A stretch of DNA of 64,000 nucleotides from Eledone cirrhosa (lineage: Eukaryota). Where the stretch lies: assembly GCA_964016885.1 (NCBI GenBank), contig CAXHJY010001509.1, positions 24,001 to 88,000 on the forward strand, in the 5' to 3' direction. Of the stretch, positions 1-12,027 are shown piece by piece; position 1 is the first letter of the stretch, and every line of letters starts with the position of its first letter. The notes under the pieces are model-generated. The model saw only the letters and a program-made list of their open reading frames with translations, did no database searches and was not told the DNA's origin. The translations under genes were made by a program, and so were the position numbers.

Positions 1-299
1 CATGTAACATTAAAGAATTATCTCAAAATTAGTCACCTCCAATTTATGACAGCATGAAAACGCTGGCATAAAAATGACGAGGATGACTGCAATATACACA
101 TTTAATATGTTAACATTTACCAAGTGCTTAAAGAAAATAAATACATGCACAAAGCCACATAAGGAACATCATTCCTTTACCTATATACACATTTTGAATT
201 TCTACTTGAACAAATTCAATTCTCACTTAACTTGTGAACATAATATAGCATTTATTTAATAAATTCTCTCTCTCTACTATATTAACTTTCTCAAGCACC

Positions 300-1100
300 A
301 CATATGTATAGAGGCAACTTTTAACCAACATCTCATACAAAACTCAACACACATGCTAAAGAATGTATACATCATATGGATTTACACACTCCCATCAATT
401 CTAAAATACATAAACACATTTTTGCTAAGTCAACAGTTAATTTTTTTTTTTCAAAACTATATTCTTTGGTTCTTTCAAAGATATTCTAAATAGATTTTAG
501 TAATTTATTTCTGTCCACGACCTCAAGTATTTAACTTCATATTAACCAGAAAATATAGAAAACAAAAATTCTTGAGAGTTCCATAGACCAATATATTCAT
601 TTAAATGAAAAAATACATGAACATCACTTTAATTACTAATGTCTTCATTCTTCTATTTACACTAAGTACTTGATCATACTAGCATATCTTTATTTCTATA
701 ACATCATATATTTATTTTTGGTATTATATATTTCTTAATTTTACCAAAGTATCTCAGGTAATATTTTAGTTTTTCGTTTATTTATTCAATATAATTATTA
801 CTATTATTTATTTATTTATTTTGGCACTGTCCATCATTCAATTTTCTTTCCATTCAACACCGGCCACTTAAACAAAAATTCCATTTGCCACCCCCAACCA
901 ACTCAACACCAACACCTACAATTTATTCCTTTATTTATTTGTTTTATCTTGTATTTTATGTTATTTTTTAATATACATATTTATTTCTTCTGAAGAAGTT
1001 GTTGATTTAGAATAGGATTTTTGAAAGTAATAGAAATTCCTCTTACAACAGAGCAAATGTGGAACAAGTAATAAGGAATTATTTCAAGAAAAAAGTAAAG
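300..1100 (+). mobile_element. Possible heavily decayed 3' end of a Penelope-like element
   Basis: A/C-rich stretch, then an AT-rich tail and a degenerate hammerhead-like motif (CTGAAGA at ~990, arms gttgt.../...acaac), ending at a CA/TA microsatellite. No clean ORF. Confidence 0.25.
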
Positions 1101-1149
1101 GAAATGAATATGAACACTAGTAAAACATACATTTATACATATTTATAAA

Positions 1150-1182
<33 letters not shown>

Positions 1183-1210
1183 GTTTGGATGGGAGCCCCC
1201 ATGTAAACTC

Positions 1211-1298
1211 GCATATCTGAAGAGGCGTCGATTAAGAGTTGAGATCCGATCACATGATCAAACCTGAGCTGATCGATATCGAAACAGTTGTAATATGT
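1211..1298 (+). ncRNA. Minimal type I hammerhead ribozyme in a short pLTR-like element between TA/GA microsatellites
   Basis: Stem I GCATAT(1211-16)/ATATGT(1293-98); core CTGAAGA(1217-23); stem II GGCGTCGAT/ATCGATATC; GAAAC(1281-85)-AGTT-GT-A, with predicted cleavage after GUA at 1292. Confidence 0.75.
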
Positions 1299-1365
1299 AA
1301 TAAAATTTCATAAGTTGCAAATCTGACTTCCTACTCTCTCTCACCATAGATAGAGAGAGAGAGAG

Positions 1366-1426
<61 letters not shown>

Positions 1427-1430
<4 letters not shown>

Positions 1431-1560
1431 AAAATGTATAGCTGTAGAAATGGCTTGAGCTCTGCCATCGGGGTCATACATTTTCCTATTACCCACTCTA
1501 CTACCCTAAGTATTGAGTACTCTGGTGCGTTATGGTCCATCTGGTTCCTTACCACAACTC

Positions 1561-1566
<6 letters not shown>
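1427..1566 (+). mobile_element. Short non-autonomous element (family A) inserted in (TA)n, with a 12-bp inverted 5' duplication
   Basis: Highly similar to 4048-4173. TAGGAAAATGTA (1427-38) is the reverse complement of 1477-88. (TA)n on both sides. Confidence 0.7.
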
Positions 1567-1615
<49 letters not shown>

Positions 1616-1910
1616 TACATACATACATACAAACAAATGCATACATTCATTTTTACATATGCCTTACTATGACAAAATAGGTTACAGAAGACTTTTTAAG
1701 GCAGATTTCTTTATAACTTTCCTAATTCCAACTCTCAAATGTTAGAAATCATTGTTTATGTTAGGCATTAACAAATAACACTTGGTTGCCTTAGATGCTG
1801 TTGATATTGATATGAAGACATGGTAAATGAAAACAACCACGTACACACAGTAGTGAGATACACACACACACATACACATCTATATGTGTGTGTGTATATA
1901 TATATATATA

Positions 1911-2110
1911 GTTGAAAAAGGAGGTACAGTTCCATACAAATCGGTGATTATAGCTAAAAAGTAAAAGTGAAAAATCACAAGAGTATATTTAAAGATTGTT
2001 TTCTCTAAAATTCAACAATGAGTATTTTTATAACCATTACATTAAGCGAATTTAAATTTTAGCAAATATTAATCGATTTCTAGGACTTAATTGGGCTCTG
2101 ATCAGAACAG
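1911..2110 (-). mobile_element. pLTR-like fragment with a degenerate hammerhead (2067-2109)
   Basis: Minus strand reads TGTT-CTGATCA-...-GAAAT-CG-AT-T-AATA (G8 mutated). The element ends in (TA)n. Confidence 0.4.
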
Positions 2111-2111
2111 C

Positions 2112-2470
2112 CAATGACACCCACTGCATCAATCCCTCCATCTCATGGGGCTCCTTCTTGATACAAGTGGCATACCCCTTGATTTTGCCAAGGAAAACAG
2201 CAGTTCAAGCACCGAAGACCAAGAACATTAGAGGTATCTATGGTAACAGGCATGATAAGGAAGCAGTCGGTAAAACCCTGGTACATGGATATCTTGTGCT
2301 TTTCTGTGTTACAAGCAGCAGTGTCTGGCTTTGTGGCAAAAGCAACAAGATTGGTGTTCGAGAACATATCCCAGCATATAGCATTGCAGCATGTTAGATA
2401 TTTTGATGATCAGTTAATAGAACAAATGAATATCCATCATGACAGTATAACAGCAGATCCATTATGTGGC
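2112..2470 (-). mobile_element. Decayed CRE-like non-LTR retrotransposon C-terminus (restriction-like endonuclease)
   Basis: KYLTCCNAICWDMFSNTNL...AACNTEKHKISMYQGFTDCFLIMPVTIDTSNVLG...EPHEMEGLMQ resembles the RLE consensus WDATC.DT...AA..AE..K..KY...F.PVA.ETSG.LG...EPRE. Confidence 0.6.
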
Positions 2471-3230
2471 TAACCTATCATATTTCATAGATAATGACTT
2501 GCAAAATCGAAGTTTAAAATATAAAATGACAAACAAGAAAATTAAATTTGAATATATTATATTTGAAAGCAGAATGACTAAAAACATCAAATTAAAGCTA
2601 TCATTTAATATCTTTAAATTATAACTGCTGTTACTGTAGGTGTGTTTTGGTGGTAGTGATAATGGTGGTGGTGTTTCTGCTGCTGGTGCTGTGAATGTTG
2701 TTGCTGTTAGTGTAGCTGTTGTTGCTGTTAGTAACACTACTATTGCCATCCTTGTGATTGGTCTTGTCTTTGCTAATATTGAGATTATAGTTGTTATTGT
2801 TATTGCTTAATCATAACCGTTTTACTTCACTCAGCCATTTGTTTTTCAGCCCAGAGTAATTTGGGGAACGTCATTAATTTTAACAAGAAAGATGCTATAT
2901 TCAGAAACTAATTATTTCCATGCAATACTACTATCATTTTGGCTTATTATATTTCATGTAATCCCAGGAACATTCTATCACTTGTGGTAATAAAACATAA
3001 TTCTTTCATTACACACATAAAAAGAAAAAATCAGAGTATTTATGTGATCCAGCCTATGAGAAAATCTCAACAGATTAGCCAATATTACTGAATTTCAGAA
3101 TATATATATACATACACACACATCTATAGGTCTACATCTATGCACACATACATTATACGTGTGTGTATATATATATATGTACACATCTATATACTTAAAC
3201 ACATCTCTCTCTCTCTCTCTCTCTCTCATA

Positions 3231-3293
<63 letters not shown>

Positions 3294-3323
3294 AGATCAA
3301 AAGATGGTTAAAAGAGTTCCAAG

Positions 3324-3394
3324 TATTTTATTATGCGCATTTCAAAAACAAATATCATCATGAGATTATATCTGCGTTTTCATCAGATAAAATA
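3324..3394 (-). ncRNA. Minimal type I hammerhead ribozyme
   Basis: Minus strand: TATTTTAT-CTGATGA-AAACGCAGATAT...ATATTTGTTTTT-GAAAT-GCGC-AT-A-ATAAAATA. Perfect 8-bp stem I and palindromic GCGC loop in stem III. Lies 35 bp from a long (TA)n. Confidence 0.85.
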
Positions 3395-3936
3395 GGGATA
3401 CATGATATGAAGGTTAAAAAACACTTGTGAATAGTGAAGTTTTAAATCAACTTATATTATTTATACTCCAGTCCTACAAACTGTAGAGTGCTACTTATCT
3501 GATATTTGCATTGCTTTATTGTACTACAATAAAACTCACCTCCTACATATATATATATATATATATACACTAAAATTAAAATATGTATGTATATAAGTGT
3601 GATACAATTGTGATCATTAGCATCATATCATTATAATTTTAATATTCTATGTTATGGCTTAAAGCTATATATTTCTCTTTTGTTAGGAGTCATTTTTCTT
3701 TATTAGTTTATAGTTGTGTATGGAAGCTAGATCTTATCACAATCATTGGAAACTGTGGTGTTCTGGGTTCCACCCTATCACACAGATCTTTTGGCAATTG
3801 TCTTTTACTGTGGCTTCAGGCTGCTGAATATCTTGTGAATGGTATTTGGTAGACAAAACCATACAGAAACCTGTCAAATATATGTACACATGCACACAGA
3901 CATATGTGTGTGTATGTATGTATGTATGTATGTATG

Positions 3937-3975
<39 letters not shown>

Positions 3976-3979
<4 letters not shown>

Positions 3980-4170
3980 AGGTATGACCCCGACGGCAGA
4001 GCTCAAGCCATTTCGACAGCTATTTCAGGACTAGTGTAGTCCTGAAATAGCCGTCGAAACGGCTTGAGCTCTGCCGTCGGGGTAATACCTTTTCCTATCA
4101 CCCACTCTACTACCCTAAGTATTGAGTACTCTGGTGCGTTATGGTCCACCTGGTTCCTTACCACAATTCC

Positions 4171-4173
<3 letters not shown>
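3976..4173 (+). mobile_element. Family A element with a 58-bp fold-back hairpin, inserted in (TA)n
   Basis: Arms 3976-4033 and 4037-4094, 3-nt loop GTG, 3 mismatches. The remainder matches 1489-1560. Confidence 0.8.
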
Positions 4174-4206
<33 letters not shown>

Positions 4207-4209
<3 letters not shown>

Positions 4210-4562
4210 TCATTTTACGTCCGCTTTTCCCTGCTTGCAAGGGTTGCTCGGGTCCTATTCAGCACAGCATCTCTCCACTTGTCACGGTCCTTCGTCATCT
4301 CCTCGGTGAGTTTCAGTTATCTCAGGTCTTCTGTCACCACCTCTGCCCATGTTTTGTGTGGTCTACCTCTACTGTGTCTTCCTTCTACTGAGATTTCTTG
4401 GCTCTTCTTTACCCAGCGGTCATCCTCCGCATCACATGAACTAACCATCTCAGCCTTCTCTCCTGCACATCACAACTTATACCCAGTCTCTTTCTCAACT
4501 CGTCTATGCTTGGTCATTCACACACATTGGCATTGCACATCCAACAGAGGATACTAGCTTCA
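4207..4562 (-). mobile_element. RTE-clade LINE 3' fragment, degenerate
   Basis: Minus translation ...VQERRLRWLVHVM...EGRHSRGRPHKTWAEVVTEDLR*LKLTEEMTKDRDKWRDAV, followed by a (TGA)n tail. Confidence 0.85.
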
Positions 4563-6725
4563 GGTTTAATTGTTATTCTCAGTCTGCCTGAGAACTCTGT
4601 TACAGATATACCTGTGTATGATGCTTAGCCACTCGTGAGTTAATTTCACAGGCAGGCTTTTCCATTGATCAAGTCAAACTTGAACACTCATTTTTTTTTT
4701 ATTGTAGAACCAGGGTCAGTTTCAGATGGTTTGTAATCAAACTTAATTAGCTTGACATTATTCTCAAAAGAGAAAAAGTTAGACTGGTAGGCAGAAGTGA
4801 CAAAAGGTTTCTAATTGCATAAGCATCATTAAATATAAGATTGTTAGAATTGTGATCTCATGTCATTACATAATAGATGTCAGACAATGTTGTATATCAT
4901 TATATTTTGATTGATGCAAAAGATTGTTTAGATTTCATGTTAAATACATGAGATATACTTATATTAGCATCATTATAATATTGATAGAGTTGAAATTTAT
5001 CCATATCTTTGTGAAACCTGTCAGACAATGTGATGCAACACCACAATATTTTTTTCTTGTCACAGATCTACTGGAGTAAGTAATGAGAGAGGTAATGAAG
5101 AATAACTTTGATATGGTGTTGTATAGTTTATTGGCATGAGGCTATGCGATTCAGATTCTGTTGATAAAATTACAGCAATACAGTAGGTTGATGACTTCCA
5201 ATTTATTTTAACTGAAGCAGGTCTGCAAGTCAATCATGGTAAAATTCAAACTATGATTAGCTATTTTGGAATCATGATGGGAAGGTAAATTGGATATCAA
5301 CAGAACTGGGAGAAAATTCACTAGTTAGGGGCCACTTGCAAAACAGAATCTAAGATAATGGTACACAAGATCAATATATGGGTTATATCAGAATATCATT
5401 CATTACCTTAGATTCTACTGTTTAACTATAGTTTTTGACCCTTATTGAATGGATGGAGGAGTGTAAGGCAGGTAATCTTACCTCCATTAATCCAAATTAT
5501 TACAGGAACAGCAACCAAATCTTCAAAGCAATCAGTAAGGCTTTTCCTCAAATGGAAGCCAGAAGGTGGGCATAGAAAACAAACCAGACTGTCAAAACCT
5601 GGCTGAGGTTTGTAGGGGAAGATCTGGGAACAGGCCTGTGATAAGGCTTGCAATTATGAGGCTTGCAATTATGAGATCTCCAGTTGCCCAAAGCTCCATA
5701 AGGGGCAAATGGTGCTAAAAAGAATCAAGAACTATAAGCTTAATAGGCAGTGAATTTTCAGTCCTTAGAGCATTTATCCTGGCTTATTGCTCTCTAAATT
5801 AAAATCCTGCTGAGGAATACTTTGCCTTTCATCCTTTCAAGATCAGTATATAAAGTACCAGTTCAGAGATGGTGAATTGGATGTTTTGTGCTTTTTAGGT
5901 TCAAATTGCACCTCTTTTGCCAAGAGTTGCAACTGGCAAATAGTAACAGCAATGGAAAGACCAATGGAAACATTGGTCTGATCTTCCTTTCTTTCCTTTT
6001 CTTTCTTTTGATAAACATCTCAGCTTCTTTAATAAGAATTTAAAACATTCCATCATATGTGAAAAGCTTTTGGTATATTATATACCAAACTCTGAATTAA
6101 TATAGTAATTAATCAAAAAATTAAATATTTTATTTAATCCCTTCAAATTCTTGATTATCTTGATTATCTTTATGAGAACTGTGGATATCTCTAAAAATAT
6201 GGTTATGAGAGGGTTAAATTTATGTTTTAGTGAATGGCAGTGATACTGAGTTGCTTTAAGTGATAAGCTAACTGATTAAATTAGGTTATCAGTAAATACT
6301 AGTCTGTTTTTGATTTTTCTAAGTTTGCATTGGAAAGCCTTAATGAGAGAAGAAACATGCAAGTCAGGAATGGCTGAATATAGTGGCAGAAAGAAAAGCA
6401 TATATGACTATGAGAAGAAATGTCCATAATTGATTGAGAACCATAATAGAAGCTTTCAATCAATGAAACATTACAGATCATGTTTATTGATAATCAAATT
6501 AGTAAATGCAGTGCTGGTATCAGCACTGTTTAGTTGTAATTACTGAAACCTTGATTTGGCCTGCATAAGGCAGGCCTAAAACCAACATAATTGCTGAGAT
6601 AGGCTTCATACATCAGTGGATCTAATATCACTGGGTAAAAAAAAAAAAAAAGTTAATTTCAAATAATCAAAAAATTGAGATAATAATTGTACATATACCA
6701 ATGGCCAAATAATGAGGATACTAGT

Positions 6726-6985
6726 ACATGGAAGGAATGTAATCCATTCAAGGAATATGATACATGGAAGGAATGTAATACATGGAAGGAATATAATACA
6801 TGGAAGGAATATAATACATGGAAGGAATATAATACATGGAAGGAATATAATACATGGAAGGAATATAATACATGGTAGGAATATAATACATGGTAGGAAT
6901 ATAATACATGGTAGGAATATAATACATGGTAGGAATATAATACATGGTAGGAATATAATACATGGTAGGAATATAATACATGGAA
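6726..6985. repeat. 18-bp minisatellite CATGG(A/T)AGGAATATAATA, ~14 copies
   Basis: Direct reading; it explains the repetitive ORFs at 6606-7116. Confidence 0.95.
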
Positions 6986-7041
6986 TGAATGTACTATTCT
7001 CCTTAATTAGTGAGAGCACTAACACAGCAAATGTGTATCAT

Positions 7042-7330
7042 ATCATCATCATTTTAACATCATCTTTCCCTACTAGCAAGGGTTGGACGTGTCTACATAG
7101 ATCAAGTCAGTACTGAAGCGGGGCCACTGATCTCCCAGGCAGCCCAGGATTCTGTGCCTCAATACTCCATTGAGTACACAACCGAAAGGTTGTCATGTCT
7201 TTGACACAATTCCAACCCTTTATTTGGCAATATTTCTATTATGATTGGATGCCCTTCCTAACACTAACCACTTCACAACGTGTATTGTGTATGTTTATTA
7301 TGTTCATCACCAACACTAAGGAGGTTGTTA
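7042..7330 (-). mobile_element. Old SINE/RTE-tail fragment
   Basis: catcatcat...ttccctactagcaagggttggac and ggatgcccttcctaacactaacc motifs shared with other copies. Confidence 0.55.
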
Positions 7331-7936
7331 TGTCTCTGGTATGACTGAGGGTTCTACCAGCCCTTTAAACCCATGTATAGTATATTTACATATAATAAAC
7401 ACACATGTAATTTGTCTACATTTTAAGCTGAAATCATGTCACAGATATCTCAGAATAGGGGTAAACTTGGTGAATTCATGTCATTACAGTTCATCATTGA
7501 TAAATTATGTACTAGATTACTTGGGGTGATATGATCAAATAAATCAAGAGCATGCCCCAGCATGAGCTCAGTCTACTGACTGAAGCTAGTCAGATGACAT
7601 ACACACACATATGTGTTGGTGTCCGAAACGTGAAGACTTTTCCTTCTATATCAAGCATTAAACATTTTTCTTCATTGTACTATGTTTTTTTTTGTTGTTT
7701 CCATCTACTTTTTGCATATATATATATATATACATACATACACACACAGACACACATACATAAATACACACACATAAATAAATACATACACATCTATACA
7801 TATATATTTATATAAAGGATAAAAAAAATCGTTATAGGTAATCCAATTAGAGGTTGTGAATACTTATTATGGATAGCTTTAGCGTACAGCGTTCTTGACT
7901 CAACAATGATTCAGCCCAATTACAGACATTGTTGGA

Positions 7937-9332
7937 ATGTATATAGCATATTTCTCACTTAGAGAATTTGATAACCTACAAGGAGGAATCTATAGAGACG
8001 ATACACTACTTTTAGCTAAAAACTTAAATAATCAAAACTTAGAAAGATTAAGGAAAATGATTAGAAAATTCTTTAATAATTTAGGCCTTAACATCACTTT
8101 TGAACCCAACTCTAAAAAAGCTAATTTCTTAGATGTATCGCTCAACCTTAACTCAGGACTAATAGAACCCTTCCATAAAAATAATGAAAATTTAGCTTAC
8201 ATTGATTATAACTCTAATCACCCTCGATCCATAATTATCTCCATAGCACATAGTATATCCCTTAGAATATCATGCCTATCTTCTAACCTAGAAATTTTTA
8301 ATGAACACGCTAACTACTACAACACAGCTTTACTTAAGGCAGACCATAAAGAAAGACTCAAATACATACCAGATACAAAAAAAAACATCACTATTAATAG
8401 CACCATCCACACATATAGAAACAACAAACCTAGAACTAAACATAAAAATTGGCAACATGCACGTAAATTAAAGGAACAGAATACTAATACAAAGACCACT
8501 AATAACTATAGAAGATGCAGAAATAGAAACTACTTATGGTTCAATCCTATGTTTAACTCCTCTATAAAAACTAAGCTTCCTTACACTTTCTTCAAATTAG
8601 TTGACAAACATTTCCCTAAAATTCATAAATATCATAAAATCTTTAATAGAAAAACTATCAAACTATCATACTCCACTGCCAACAACATAGAATCGCACAT
8701 ACACAAAATTAACTATAAAATAATTTAATACAAGTGGCCCACAAATAAGTACCATAACACCTAATACAAAACACAAGCATATAATATCATCACAACCAAA
8801 CACACGTCAGAGCACATCACCACAATACATCAACAAACCCAATTCTCAGCCCATACATAGCAACCTGCAAAACCATTTAGAAGAACCGGCGCATAGAAAA
8901 GCATCTAAATGTAACTGCCACCTACCTGACAAATGCCCTTTACAAAACAAATGCCTAGAGACAAATATAGTATACCTATGTACTATAAATCCAAGTAGCT
9001 TAGCATGGCATTACATTGGTTCCACAGCTGGAGAGTTTAAGAAAAGGTGGTACTTTCATAGACACTCTATGACTAACAGGAATCTCTCAAAGACAACGAC
9101 TCTCTCCAATAAAATCTGGCAACTTAAAGATGCAAACATAGAATATAAAATCAGCTGGACAAAGCTATCAAAAGCAAAGGCCTATCAAATTGGTATGTCC
9201 CACTGTGGTCTCTGTAGTATGGAACTTTTTCAAATTTTAAATTACAAGATTCTTCTTAACAGGAAAATTGATAAAAACATTTTTTGTCGACATAAATCAG
9301 CAACTAGATTTGAGAACTTTAGACCAGCTTAA
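7937..9332 (+). mobile_element. Penelope-like retroelement (Naiad-type), 5'-truncated RT + GIY-YIG endonuclease, one frameshift near 8725
   Basis: RT motifs IYRDD, NFLDVSL, YIDYNSNHP, WFNPMF, KHFP..H.YHKIFNRKTIKLSYS. After a +1 shift the frame stays open from 8730: CNCHLPDKCPLQNKC (CxCx5Cx5C), NIVY...YIGST...FKKRW..H, CGLC, LN...CRHK, stop at 9330-32. Confidence 0.92.
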
Positions 9333-10369
9333 TTCCATCTTATCTATTCAATAACCCAGATTGTACCACTTGGATCTATTATGATATCACATTATCAACA
9401 TCATCAACATTATAATTATAACTATAATTGTCATCATCTATCAAAGAACAACATCAAAACCTCTTATATTTACATTCTTATTTTATATATATATATATTT
9501 TCACTCTTTATCTTAATATGTCTCTCCCTAAATTTATCTCATATCTGTCATTCTATTTTATCATATAATATAACTTAAAACTAATTAATTGATTTATTTA
9601 TTAAAATAACCAATACACACATAAATATATTTAACATTACCCTATTTTCACCATTTTTTCATAAATTTTTTTATATATATTTTTTTATTTACATTTATTT
9701 ACGCATTAACATTTATTCATCTATTTGTACCTCTATCCTTCTCTTCTCTCTATCATGTTTATTCTTATTTACGTTTGTGTCTCATTTATATACCATCATA
9801 TTCTATATATCTTCCTCTCTTTATATTTCTATCTATAATAATTTCTCCTTTTTTTTCTTTTTCTTCTTTTTACTTCCTTTCCTTTCTTTCTTTACTGTAT
9901 CTATCTCCGTTTCTTCCTCCTTTTCTCTCTATATCTTTATTATTAATATTATTATTGATGATGTAATTTGAATTTGTAAATGTGCTGGTTACACATGTTT
10001 TGTTCAGTTTCCAATGATCTAGTAGAGTTATCATCGTATTTAAAATTGAGTGGCACTGCTTTTAGTGTTCAGCAATTTTTAGACAACTCTATCAGTGAAA
10101 CAATTGTTAGACTGCAAATAAATCCCCTTTTTTGTACTGTTGACCATGTTATTCTCCACCTTTTCTGCAAGCATTAAAATGATGATGATGATGATTATAT
10201 ATATATATATATACACACACATACATACATAAGTGGGTTAGTGTATATCATATGTGCTATACAACATTGTTATTTCCTTCTAACAATATTTTAACTTGTT
10301 TCTCTTGATTGAAGCCAAAGTAATTCTTACATCCAATACATTCCTGTTTCTTTTTTTGTTCATTATCAA

Positions 10370-10740
10370 TTTATTATTATCATCATCATTGCTCTTTTCG
10401 ATATATATGTTGTTAATAATTATTATTTTCATGAAATAGTTTCATTATCAGCATCATTTTAATAATTATTTCTATTTATTTTTGCTGTTATGTTTTCTTG
10501 AATTATTATTATTATTAGTTTGGTTTCGTTATATTATTATTATTATTATTATTATTAATATTTCTTATTGTTACTATTATTATTATCATCAGCAATTTTC
10601 ATCATCTATTATCATTGTTAATAATATTACTATCACTCATTACTACTACTACTACAACTATCAATACTACTATCGATTTTCATTATCAATTATCATTGTT
10701 ATTGTTATTTATAAAAATCAATTATTATTATTGCCATGTC
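10370..10740. repeat. Degenerate (TAT/TAC/CAT)n low-complexity tract
   Basis: Direct reading. Confidence 0.8.
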
Positions 10741-11024
10741 CTTTACTTTATTTCTTGAACAATGAAAAGGAGGCAATTAAACTGTTGATGGTAGAAATTT
10801 AATTTTGTGAATGTACTAAGACTAAAAATGTAAACAACAACAACAATACTATACTATACAAAGCATAAATGAACAAAGATATTTTCTTCAATTCTACAGA
10901 AAACTTTAACTTGCACATCAATTGTATTTATTTAGTTTGTTCAAATATTCCAGTATAAACATTATTATTGTTATGGATAGATAGCTAAATAAATACACAG
11001 AAAGATATATGTATACACACATCC

Positions 11025-11331
11025 TCATCATTTCATTTTACGTCCGCTTTTTCCCTGCTTGCAAGGGTGGGACGGGAACTGATTCTGGCTCGATTCGACA
11101 GCAGGATGCCCTTCCTAACACCAACCGCATTTACAGTGAGTTGTGGGTGCTTTTTTGCCGTAGCACCTCCACGACCATTTTGCAGTGGAATCATATGGAC
11201 CCCAATCCCTATCATCTCATTTCTACAGCTGAGTAAACTAGAGCAATGTGAAATAAAGTGTCTTGCTCAAGGAAACAACACATCAGCCAGTCTAAGAATT
11301 GAACTCACAACCTTTCGATTGCAAGGCCAAC
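11025..11331 (-). mobile_element. tRNA-derived SINE (family S1) with an RTE-derived 3' tail
   Basis: Matches 17034-17378 in reverse: B-box gagttcaattc, core tccttgagcaagacactttatttcacattgc, tail ggtgttaggaagggcatcc...ggacgtaaaatga. Confidence 0.9.
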
Positions 11332-11351
11332 ATATATATGTATATATATAT

Positions 11352-12027
11352 TGTGCAGAGGATCTGTGCAGACTGGAGAGGAACGAAGCTTGCATGCTCC
11401 GTTGGATATGTAGTAGTAATATACGTGAACGGCAAAGCATAAATGAACTAAGTGAGAAATTAGGAATAAGAGGGATCAGATGCTGTTTACTCAAGAGAAG
11501 ACTACGTTGATATGGTCACGTGATACGCATGAAAGACGAGAGCTGTATGAAAAAAGTGCAGGGCGATCAAAATAGATGGAAGCTACGGAGTAGGCAGACC
11601 CAGAAAAACCTGGGACGATTTGATAAATTCCGACCTTACACACACCTCTCCAAGACAATGTCACTGGACCGAGATCTTTGGCATTACGCAGTAATACAGA
11701 AGACCCGCCTTGCCTAAGTACAAAGCGAAACCTACAGTCAGTAGGCACCTCCTAACCAAAAATACACCCGCATCCCACTACCCCTACCCTTTCTCTGTAA
11801 AGTTATGTTGGTACCACAGCATCCAGTCCTAAATAAATGAGGTCGTGTAGGTGTCACAGCAAAAAAAAAAACAGTCGACACTGTAATGTGGCCGTGTAGG
11901 TAACACGGTAAAAAACCTCCCAGTCCACACTGTAAACGTGGTTGGTGTTAGGAAGGGCATCCAGCCGTAGAAAACCTGCCAGACAGTCCTATACGAGCAA
12001 GACAACCAATCTTGCCTGAAATGGGAC
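11352..12027 (+). mobile_element. RTE LINE 3' fragment (ORF end + 3' UTR), disrupted
   Basis: [29 protein letters not shown]...; close match to 15601-16300, with a stop and frameshifts. Confidence 0.92.

Noticed and set aside
6606-7116. Hexapeptide-repeat proteins (IIHGRN / PCIIFL)
   Set aside because: Products of an 18-bp minisatellite.
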